DNA from: Candidatus Saccharimonadota bacterium
GTDB taxonomy: Bacteria > Patescibacteriota > Saccharimonadia > Saccharimonadales > UBA4665
Direction: 5' to 3'
DNA: 32,000 bases
NCBI GenBank assembly: GCA_016700375.1
Contig: CP065016.1
Location: forward strand, 390,001 to 422,000
The position numbers were made by a program, and so were the translations under genes. The notes below the pieces were generated by a model. That model was not told where the DNA came from, did not search any database, and saw only the letters and a list, made by a program, of their open reading frames with translations. How positions within the stretch are numbered: position 1 is the stretch's first letter; the number at the start of each line of letters is the position of its first letter. Below are positions 8,036 through 15,222 of this stretch, piece after piece.

Positions 8036-9537
8036 CGTATAACCAAAGGCCAGACGGCACTGCGCACTACCCGGGTTACCGGTTGAGCGCTTGGCCAATA
8101 CCACGTGTCAGTCGAGCGAATGACATAGGCGGCAATACCACCGCCCCAGAGACTTCCCACGAGCAGCAAGCAAGTCAAAGCGATTGCCAGCTTTCGGATA
8201 ACTCTTCGGCCGACTAGTGGCCGTATGCCAACGTATACAAGGTATCCCGCCAAGGGCAAGAACGGTAACACGTAACGACCATGTATAGAAAGCGGCACAG
8301 CAGTCGACAAAAAAGCTCCGTAGTTTTTTAGAAATAAAAACACCACGTAGGTACCTAGCAGTGCTATGCTCAGCTGCGCCGAGACGCCTGAACGGATAAT
8401 CCACGGCAGTCGAAACACAATGACAGCAAGCGCGACTGCCGCAAGCACCCGACCAGTTGTATACGGCACACGAAGTGGGTCGGCCGTAGGATATCCTACT
8501 TCTTTTGGCCCAACCGAAAAATACGACTCGTATACCATTTTTTCGTACCACACCCCCACATACTCTCGCTTTTGTTCTGAAGATATAGAAGTATACCAAC
8601 CCTGTTCGCGAATTTCCGCATCGCGGCCATACGGCGCAAAACCAAGGCACCGTTCGTGCCCAAGCACAGCAGGGCACTCCGGCACCAAGCTGCCGTATTG
8701 CACGTAATTCATACCATAGCGCTGCAAAAACAGCACACTAGCAAGCAGAAATACCCCCAGCGCAACCATGCCAGCGCCACTTTTTGCGGCCAAAACCCAG
8801 GCGCGCCACATGTTAGCCACATTGAGTTTTTTTGCCCTCCATAGCCACCCAACCAAGCCCATTAAGTACAGCCCAGCGCCTAGCACGGCCGGGAAAAACG
8901 CGTATTTTGTCTGCAGCGTCACGAGTACAGCTGTTCCCGTCCAAAGCAGAAGCGGTAAAGGAATCGTATGAGAGCTTTGCAGCCCGCGCGCAAGACGAAA
9001 CATCAGCAGCATGGTTACCGCGCACATGGTGAAAAAGAGCGCGTCGTAGGTAAGCTGCCCGGCCAGAAACGGTGTCATCGGCATGAGCAGTATAAGTCCA
9101 AGAACGGTATGTGTCCCCGCCTTGCTAACGCGTAGCTCCAGCAATAACCGTCGAAACAGCATAAAGCCAACCGCGACCAATCCAACATCGAAAAGGCGTA
9201 TGAGTATGATGTGCGCCGTCACTGAGTCTGTAACAAGAGCCATAAGGCGATACGGCCAGCTCATTAGGTAGTGGTACAGATAAGACCCATCAGCCGTAAA
9301 AGCACTCAGTTCTGCCGGGCCGGGCGGTTGCGTTACCTGCCATGGGAAAATAACTTTTGCGTACTCCTGAATGGCCGCAAGGTGGAAATGCTCGTCGAAC
9401 GCCATAGAAAACCGCCCAACACATGCTATATACACCGCCTGAACCACGAACAACACAAGCATAGACCGCCAAAACCATGAGGAATCAAGAAGGTTCACAA
9501 TATTCTTAGGGAAATGCCGCCTGCGGTTTTTCTTCAT
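8032..9537 (-). CDS. polytopic membrane protein, GT-C (ArnT/PMT)-like glycosyltransferase candidate
   Basis: About 12 hydrophobic segments. An acidic/His motif FDEHFHLAA follows the first TM, where GT-C enzymes carry their catalytic acidic motif. The start MKKNRRRHF (9537) is preferred over the listed 9588 start. Confidence 0.6.
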   Translation of the reverse strand: MKKNRRRHFPKNIVNLLDSSWFWRSMLVLFVVQAVYIACVGRFSMAFDEHFHLAAIQEYAKVIFPWQVTQPPGPAELSAFTADGSYLYHYLMSWPYRLMALVTDSVTAHIILIRLFDVGLVAVGFMLFRRLLLELRVSKAGTHTVLGLILLMPMTPFLAGQLTYDALFFTMCAVTMLLMFRLARGLQSSHTIPLPLLLWTGTAVLVTLQTKYAFFPAVLGAGLYLMGLVGWLWRAKKLNVANMWRAWVLAAKSGAGMVALGVFLLASVLFLQRYGMNYVQYGSLVPECPAVLGHERCLGFAPYGRDAEIREQGWYTSISSEQKREYVGVWYEKMVYESYFSVGPKEVGYPTADPLRVPYTTGRVLAAVALAVIVFRLPWIIRSGVSAQLSIALLGTYVVFLFLKNYGAFLSTAVPLSIHGRYVLPFLPLAGYLVYVGIRPLVGRRVIRKLAIALTCLLLVGSLWGGGIAAYVIRSTDTWYWPSAQPVTRVVRSAVWPLVIR

Positions 9538-9582
9538 TGCTAGGTAGTATAACGCAGTGTCGCAGTGGTACCATACTAGTAC

Positions 9583-10488
9583 ATGCATACCAAACTAGTT
9601 CGCAGCGGGGCAGTCAGTGCAATTCTGGTCGTAACAATCGCCGCGTTTGCTTGGTACGTCAAAACCCACCCAGAACAACTGATGCAACTAAAGGCCACCA
9701 ACCCTGCTTGGCTCGCACTGATTTTACTCGCGAACATCGGCGGCATGGCGGCACTTGTTGGACTGTACCAAGTGCTCGTCCGTATGGTGAGTGTGCGTCT
9801 GCCAGCCGCCGAAAACATGCTGCTCACCATCTATTCATCTATCGCAAACTTTTTTGGGCCATTGCAAAGCGGACCGGGAGTCCGCGCTGCCTACCTAAAA
9901 GCGAAACACGGGCTTCCCCTGAAGCGATATGTGCTGGTAACGCTCGTTGCCTACGCAGCGTTCGCGGTACTGAGTGCGTTTTGTCTGGCGGTCGGCACAC
10001 GCCCTTGGTGGCAAACGGTACTTGCTGTGTTAGGTGCAGTCGGCGCAAGCACGTTAGTAATTCGGTGGCTCTCCAAAAGAAATAGTTCAGAAACAAAACA
10101 TCTCATACTCAGTGCTCCGCTTGTGAGCGGCGTTATTGTCTTCACGGCACTCCAAATACTGTTTCTGACGCTCCGGTACTACTTGTCGCTGCGAGCAAGC
10201 GGGACAGATGTTTCGCTGGGTCAAGCGCTTTCTTACACCGGTGCCGCCAACTTTGCCCTGTTCGTGTCCATAACACCCGATGGTATCGGCATACGAGAAG
10301 CGTTTTTGCTGTTTTCGCAAAGCATCCACGGCGTTGCTACATCCGACGTAGTCGCCGCAAGCTTGGTCGACAGAGCTGCCTATGTTCTGTTTTTAGGGCT
10401 GCTCTTTGTCTTCGCCCTTAGTTTGCATGCGAAAGACAAGATTGCACGAGTAAAGCCTGCCAAAACGAGCAAAAAAGCGCTACACTAA
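9583..10488 (+). CDS. flippase-like / LPG-synthase-TM (UPF0104) family membrane protein
   Basis: 301-aa polytopic protein. The segment TPDGIGIREAFLL is characteristic of the UPF0104 family, which is commonly adjacent to GT2 genes. Confidence 0.7.
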   Translation: MHTKLVRSGAVSAILVVTIAAFAWYVKTHPEQLMQLKATNPAWLALILLANIGGMAALVGLYQVLVRMVSVRLPAAENMLLTIYSSIANFFGPLQSGPGVRAAYLKAKHGLPLKRYVLVTLVAYAAFAVLSAFCLAVGTRPWWQTVLAVLGAVGASTLVIRWLSKRNSSETKHLILSAPLVSGVIVFTALQILFLTLRYYLSLRASGTDVSLGQALSYTGAANFALFVSITPDGIGIREAFLLFSQSIHGVATSDVVAASLVDRAAYVLFLGLLFVFALSLHAKDKIARVKPAKTSKKALH

Positions 10489-10500
10489 TTCGTAGCGGTT

Positions 10501-11673
10501 ATGAATATACCCTTTGTTGATTTTCTTATTGTATTTCTTGGCATTGGCGCGCTGCTACGAGGCTACCAAATCGGCTTCTTGCGCCAATTTATTTCGACAG
10601 TGGCGTTCATAGTAGGGCTGTTTCCTGGCTCGTGGCTGTCTGCGTTCGCCATGGAGCACGTAAGCGGCCCTTCAAAACCACTCGCTGGATTAGCCATACT
10701 GCTTACGGTATGTTTTACACTTATGACTGTCGGCGAGCTGCTTGCTGTCCGCCTCAAGTTGGCCGTGCAAAGCCATGCCGTGCAGCGCATAGACAATGCC
10801 ATTGGCGCTGCAATGTCAGTCGTTACGCTCTTGCTGGGGCTTTGGCTTGCAAGCGCTCTTTTTGCACTCGCACCACCCAGTAGTGTGCAGACCCAGTTAA
10901 AAAGTTCTCACATACTTGGAGTGCTAAACGGAGAACTGCCCCCCGCATCTTACGTACTCAAAAGCCTAAACACAATCATAGACCCCAACCAATTCCCAGA
11001 GGTTTTCGCTGGCAGGGAACCATCTCCTGACGCCCGTCATACCTTGCCAAACCCAGATGAATTTACAGCCATGCTCCGCAGCATTGAACCTTCTGTCCTG
11101 AAGGTTGAGGGACTCGGCTGCGGCGGAATTGTCGACGGCAGTGGTTTTGTGTTTGCGCGCGAACTTGTTGCCACCAATGCCCATGTTGTCGCAGGGGTTA
11201 GCAGCCCAAAGGTGCGAACAGGGAACGACGCCTTCAACACTACGGTCGTCGCATTTGACCCTGCCAATGACATTGCTGTCTTACGAGTACCGGGGTTAAA
11301 TCGTCCAGCGCTCACCATTAACCGCATGAATCCCGCCACCGGCTCGGCAGCATTCGCACTAGGCTATCCTGGCGGTGGTGAATATCAGGTAAGCCCGGCC
11401 GTTGTGCTTGACCGGTTTGAAGCACTCGGAAAAGACATATACGGCAAGAGTCGCACTACCCGCGAAGTCTACAGCCTGCAAACTACCATTGTGCGCGGCA
11501 ATTCGGGCGGACCTGTTGTCGCCAGCGACGGCAGCGTGCTTGGCGTTGTGTTCGCTACCTCCACCACGTACAATAACATCGGCTACGCACTCACTATGGA
11601 ACAAGTCCAGGAGCTGCTACGAGGTGCGCAGGACAAGCAAGCCGCCGTTAATACCGGAAAATGCAGCGAATAA
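10501..11673 (+). CDS. CvpA-like membrane domain fused to trypsin-like serine protease (MarP-like)
   Basis: Four TM helices at the N-terminus (FVDFLIVFLGIGALLRGYQIGFL). Catalytic triad context TNAHVV, NDIAVLRV, GNSGGPVV. Confidence 0.85.
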   Translation: MNIPFVDFLIVFLGIGALLRGYQIGFLRQFISTVAFIVGLFPGSWLSAFAMEHVSGPSKPLAGLAILLTVCFTLMTVGELLAVRLKLAVQSHAVQRIDNAIGAAMSVVTLLLGLWLASALFALAPPSSVQTQLKSSHILGVLNGELPPASYVLKSLNTIIDPNQFPEVFAGREPSPDARHTLPNPDEFTAMLRSIEPSVLKVEGLGCGGIVDGSGFVFARELVATNAHVVAGVSSPKVRTGNDAFNTTVVAFDPANDIAVLRVPGLNRPALTINRMNPATGSAAFALGYPGGGEYQVSPAVVLDRFEALGKDIYGKSRTTREVYSLQTTIVRGNSGGPVVASDGSVLGVVFATSTTYNNIGYALTMEQVQELLRGAQDKQAAVNTGKCSE

Positions 11674-11690
11674 AGAATGAGGTATGAGAC

Positions 11691-12413
11691 ATGAGACGAG
11701 AGACAAAAGATGGCATCAAAGGAAAGAGGGCAAAGGGCAGAGGGCAAAGTCCATCCCAGGTGAAAACCGCCTCTGTTAATAGCGCGTCCCAGGTAAAAAG
11801 CCAGTCGCACCCACAGCACCTCAACTGGCTTGAACGTCATGTGCCGACACTGCTTATTGGCAGTGGTGCCCTTGGGCTTCTGGCTGCGTTTATACTGGCA
11901 CTCGAAGAATTTCATCACCTGAAAAACCCTGGCGCTCCACTCAACTGCGACCTCAACCCGATAATCAGCTGCGGCCCCGCTATGGATGTGTGGCAAGGTC
12001 ATGCACTCCTGGGCATACCAAACCAATTTCTCGGCATCATTACCTTCACCGTTATGCTCACCATGGGCGTTGCGCTGCTTGCCGGCGCCCGGTTCAAGCG
12101 CTGGTTTTGGCTTGGGCTACAAGCTGGAATGTTCGCGGGACTAGTTTTTGTACACTGGTTTATTTACCAAAGTATATGGGTGCTCCAGCATCTGTGCCCG
12201 TACTGCATGGTGACGTGGGTCGCGACCATTGTTGGGTTTTGGTACATATTTCTCTACGGGCTGCGCGCTGAACATTTTCGCTTGCGCGGTCGGTGGAACA
12301 AAGCCGTCTTGTTCGTCCAAAAACACCACGCCGACATACTGGCCTTTTGGTTCCTTGTTATCATTGCGCTCATCCTCAACCATTTCTGGTACTACTGGCA
12401 AACCCTGTTGTAG
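11691..12413 (+). CDS. vitamin K epoxide reductase (VKOR) family protein
   Basis: Loop cysteines NCDLNPIISCGP, active-site CPYC, and four or five TM helices. It has a low-complexity basic N-terminal extension, so the start is uncertain. Confidence 0.85.
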   Translation: MRRETKDGIKGKRAKGRGQSPSQVKTASVNSASQVKSQSHPQHLNWLERHVPTLLIGSGALGLLAAFILALEEFHHLKNPGAPLNCDLNPIISCGPAMDVWQGHALLGIPNQFLGIITFTVMLTMGVALLAGARFKRWFWLGLQAGMFAGLVFVHWFIYQSIWVLQHLCPYCMVTWVATIVGFWYIFLYGLRAEHFRLRGRWNKAVLFVQKHHADILAFWFLVIIALILNHFWYYWQTLL

Positions 12414-12778
12414 GAGTGATGGTAGGGGATTTTCGAGACTCAATGTACAAGGTTCAGAAATTTTCAAGGCTCAAGGTTTCAAACAATCCACAAACAACGA
12501 TTGACGGGATTGGCGAGTTAGATGGTTGACACTAGACAGTGGACATTAAACGTTGGTGCGGCCGCAGGCCGCTAGGAATCATCCCGCCCACTGGCGGGAT
12601 ACAGCTAGAACGAGCATGTGTAGTCACCCGGCTGTCATGTTGTTTGGCTTTGCAACTACCGACAGGCGGCAAAACTTGTTAGAACGGAAGGAATGACTGC
12701 TGGTGGCAGTCTGAGTGGAGTGAGTTGTTTTGCCGGTTGCGAAACTGACAACCTGACACCGAGAGACGAAGCCTTGCT

Positions 12779-12802
12779 CTGGCTTTTTTGGCCAGCTTTT
12801 TT
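12779..12802 (+). terminator. terminator-like hairpin with T-tract
   Basis: CTGGC-TTTTTTG-GCCAG followed by CTTTTTT. A second hairpin, GCCACC-AAAAAA-GGTGGT, follows at 12803-12820. Confidence 0.4.
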
Positions 12803-12957
12803 GCCACCAAAAAAGGTGGTCGGTTTGGCAGTCCGAGAACTGCCATGTCGGTGAGGGGGCATGGCGAAGCTGTAAAGGTTGGTGAATGCATAGACATCAG
12901 TGGAGGGGTATGGATGCTGAAACTAGTTCAGCATGACGGGGCTGAAAAAGCACATGG

Positions 12958-12977
12958 ATTCCCGCTTACGCGGGAAT
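12958..12977. repeat. REP-like palindromic element (ATTCCCGC-TTAC-GCGGGAAT)
   Basis: 8-bp perfect stem with a 4-nt loop. One frame reads WIPAYAGMT, a peptide string I recognise as a recurrent spurious translation of intergenic palindromes in many genomes. Confidence 0.6.
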
Positions 12978-13097
12978 GACAAGGCTTTTATTAGTGGCAA
13001 GGCATGAATTACCGTTGGAGTTTACCCTCGACTTGTACCCTGGGGCGGGGAGGGCAAACGTGAAGAGAATATCCTTTACTTCGTTCGGGGTGACGCA

Positions 13098-13355
13098 CTA
13101 CATGTGGTTGCGTTCGACGTGGTGTTTATTTATACCGTTGGTCACATTCGTAAACCCCATTTGCCGCAGGTAGGGTATGGTTGCATTACTGCGACTACCG
13201 CTTAAACAGTACACCACAAGCTCGGTATCTCGCGGCAAGTCAGCCAGTTCCGGCGGGTTACTAAGCAGGCGGGAGGGCGGTATATTTATGGCACCATCAA
13301 CATGCCCCATTTTGTATTCAAACGGCTCACGCACATCTATTATTACTTTGCTCAT
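13098..13355 (-). CDS. single-domain rhodanese-like sulfurtransferase
   Basis: IIDVREPFEYKMGHVDGAINIP and the active-site loop VVYCLSGSRS. Confidence 0.9.
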   Translation of the reverse strand: MSKVIIDVREPFEYKMGHVDGAINIPPSRLLSNPPELADLPRDTELVVYCLSGSRSNATIPYLRQMGFTNVTNGINKHHVERNHM

Positions 13356-13389
13356 ACTTTCTCCTTTTTTTGGCTGCTACTTCGTAGTT

Positions 13390-13410
13390 TAATGTAAATC
13401 GTTTACATTA
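13390..13410. promoter_or_regulatory. palindromic operator candidate (Fur-family box-like) in a divergent promoter
   Basis: TAATGTAAA-TCG-TTTACATTA is a perfect 9-bp inverted repeat. It lies between the divergent rhodanese (13355) and Fur-family (13439) starts. Confidence 0.5.
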
Positions 13411-13438
13411 GCAAGTGCAAGGTGTATAGTAAAATGAG

Positions 13439-13849
13439 ATGAACATAACAGAGGCGAAAACACAATCCCAGATGAGACAGAGCAAATACTGCACCGCAAT
13501 ACTCGCCGAATTAGCACGCCTTGGGCACGCTACAAATGCGGAACTACTGCGCGCCATGAGACACTACTACCCAAACGTCAGCGCAACAACAGTGCACCGC
13601 GCAACCACGCGGCTGGCCTCTCGGGGCGAAATCGGCTTTGCGCCGTCAGATACATCTGGTGCCATGCGCTACGATGCTCAGGTGACCGCCCACGATCATT
13701 TCCAGTGTACACAGTGCGGGAGACTCCAAGATATCGACATCGTAGAGCGTATACGACCCATGCTACTAGCGGCTGCGTCTGACTGTATGCCCACAGGACG
13801 TCTCACAATCAGCGGTTCATGTAAAAAATGTAAGGGAGGGAAGGTATGA
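13439..13849 (+). CDS. Fur-family metalloregulator
   Basis: Winged-helix N-terminus (ATVHRATTRLASRGEI), HDHFQCTQCG and C-terminal CKKC zinc-site cysteines. Confidence 0.85.
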   Translation: MNITEAKTQSQMRQSKYCTAILAELARLGHATNAELLRAMRHYYPNVSATTVHRATTRLASRGEIGFAPSDTSGAMRYDAQVTAHDHFQCTQCGRLQDIDIVERIRPMLLAAASDCMPTGRLTISGSCKKCKGGKV

Positions 13850-14226
13850 AAAAAATTGGGTTATTCGCGGGCATTATCGGCGTAGTCATCGGGAGTTTTT
13901 TACTACTAAGCAAGCCGGCAAGCTCGCCGCAGGTAAATAAGGAGCCAGCTGCCAAACTTAGTTTTGCAACCGTCTCAAACGAAGTGGCAAAGAAAAGCGC
14001 GACCTTACTCGACGTTCGCTCGTCCGAAGAATATGCCAGCGGCCACTTTGCTAGTGCCGTAAACCTCGATGTCGAGGATATCCGCGTTGGCAAATTGCCA
14101 GATTCAGCCAAAACTCAGCCGCTCTACATATATTGCAGAAGCGGTAACCGCTCGGCTCAGGCAACCGAACTGCTAAAAGCAGCCGGCTACACAACCATCA
14201 CCACCTCGGTGGGCTGGACGATGTAG
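13846..14226 (+). CDS. membrane-anchored/secreted rhodanese-like protein
   Basis: N-terminal hydrophobic helix KKIGLFAGIIGVVIGSFLLL, LLDVRSSEEYASGHFASAVN, and active-site YIYCRSGNRS. It overlaps the Fur gene by 4 nt (ATGA). Confidence 0.85.
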   Translation: MKKIGLFAGIIGVVIGSFLLLSKPASSPQVNKEPAAKLSFATVSNEVAKKSATLLDVRSSEEYASGHFASAVNLDVEDIRVGKLPDSAKTQPLYIYCRSGNRSAQATELLKAAGYTTITTSVGWTM

Positions 14227-14294
14227 AGGCCATGGGTGGCACGCTCATCACAGCGCCCTAGCGGCAAACGAACGAATATAGCAATGCACCTTTT

Positions 14295-14320
14295 TTAAAT
14301 CGTACGGCCATACAATTTAA
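14295..14320. promoter_or_regulatory. 26-bp palindromic motif, copy 1 (TTAAATCGTACGG|CCATACAATTTAA)
   Basis: 11 of 13 arm positions are complementary. It ends 20 nt before ATG 14341, with AAGGAG in between. A near-identical palindrome lies at 25367-25392. Confidence 0.5.
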
Positions 14321-14340
14321 AAAGGCAGTAAGGAGAAACT

Positions 14341-15171
14341 ATGAAGTTTATAGCGTTTATGGCAAGTCAGCAGGGCAGGCTACTGCGTGGTAGCCTGGGG
14401 CTTGCGCTAATTGTTACGGCCATTCTTACACTCGAAGGCGGTGGGCAGATTTTCAGCCTATTGCTTGGTAGTGTACTACTCGCAGTGGCTATCTTTGATG
14501 TGTGCCTTTTTGCGCCACTTTTTGGCAAACCACTTTCGGGCAGCAAAATAGGTAAGCGTCCAAGCCACTCGACCGCAAGCACACTCCTCAGTGTTGCGGC
14601 TCTATTGGTAATAACAGGTGCCGTTCTTGCTCGGCCTTCAGACACCACAACCCAGCTAACCACGGCGGCAAGCGGTTCTCAGAAAACCAACATCTTGGCC
14701 CCGCCAGACGAAACGACCCCAGAGGCTGTCACGGCGAATAAACAGTCTCAAGACGAGCTGCTCTTGTACCTCGTAGAGGAGGAGAAGCTTGCGCACGATG
14801 TCTACACGGTCATGTATGAACAGTACGGGGCAAACGTATTTGGGAACATCCTTAAAAGCGAACAAAACCATCAGGGGCAAGTCCTCACACTGTTGCAGGC
14901 ACGAAGCATCGCCGACCCACGAAGCAGCGAACGTGGCGTATTTCGTAACCCAGAGCTACAAGCGTTATACGACCAGCTCGTCGCACAAGGCAAACAAAGT
15001 ACAGTCGAAGCCTACAAAGTAGGCGTGGCCGTAGAGGAAAAAGACATCGCGGACATAACCACCCAGCTCGCTACGGCCACAGACAACGATATTGTCGCCA
15101 CGCTAGAACGCTTGCGTACGGGCTCAGAAAACCATTTGCGCGCCTTCAACCGCCAGCTTTCCCGCTACTAG
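14341..15171 (+). CDS. YgaP-like TM (DUF2892-type) domain fused to a ferritin-like DUF2202-type domain
   Basis: N-terminal two-helix membrane segment. The C-terminal EEEKLAHDVYTVMYEQYGANVFGNILKSEQNHQ is ferritin-like di-iron motif spacing, as in DUF2202. Confidence 0.65.
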   Translation: MKFIAFMASQQGRLLRGSLGLALIVTAILTLEGGGQIFSLLLGSVLLAVAIFDVCLFAPLFGKPLSGSKIGKRPSHSTASTLLSVAALLVITGAVLARPSDTTTQLTTAASGSQKTNILAPPDETTPEAVTANKQSQDELLLYLVEEEKLAHDVYTVMYEQYGANVFGNILKSEQNHQGQVLTLLQARSIADPRSSERGVFRNPELQALYDQLVAQGKQSTVEAYKVGVAVEEKDIADITTQLATATDNDIVATLERLRTGSENHLRAFNRQLSRY

Positions 15172-15222
15172 CTGCTAGTCTATTCTGATACAATACGGTC
15201 AAAGCGTTTACGCTTACTAGCT

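Larger units (their letters stand above)
12414..13097. other. 684-bp ORF-poor, hairpin-saturated spacer between convergent genes (candidate structured RNA(s) / repeat-element cluster)
   Basis: Perfect or near-perfect stems at 12581-12600, 12628-12669, 12695-12711, 12779-12795, 12803-12820, 12826-12845, 12842-12865, 12914-12934 and 12958-12977. Only short ORFs without recognisable motifs are present. Confidence 0.6.

Noticed and set aside
9537-9588. The listed start of the 518-aa membrane protein at 9588, which forms an ATGCAT palindrome with the divergent ATG 9583.
   Set aside because: It would make the divergent genes overlap at their start codons with no promoter space. The internal MKKNRRRHF start (9537) gives a typical positive-inside N-terminus. 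Still uncertain.
8108-10085. Long ORFs antisense to or overlapping the membrane-protein genes (8108-8677 minus, 8366-8707 plus, 9537-10085 plus and others).
   Set aside because: They are Arg/Cys/Ser-rich with no motifs. They lie entirely within ORFs that have clear TM periodicity or family motifs, which is typical of shadow ORFs in G/C-richer DNA.
11742-11752. GGGCAAAGTCC resembles the RNase P RNA CR-I motif GAGGAAAGTCC.
   Set aside because: It lies inside the VKOR ORF, 70 nt after the upstream gene. There is no room for a ~350-nt RNA, no CR-V-like ACAGAAxxCGGCUUA in the right order, and the match itself is imperfect.
12938-12985. GGGGCTGAAAAAGCACATGGATTC resembles the 5' end of tmRNA (E. 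coli GGGGCUGAUUCUGGAUUCGAC).
   Set aside because: No T-arm or ..CCACCA 3' end occurs within the next 300-420 nt on this strand. That stretch is occupied by a convincing rhodanese gene on the other strand. I found no tag-like reading frame ending in a hydrophobic ..AA stop.
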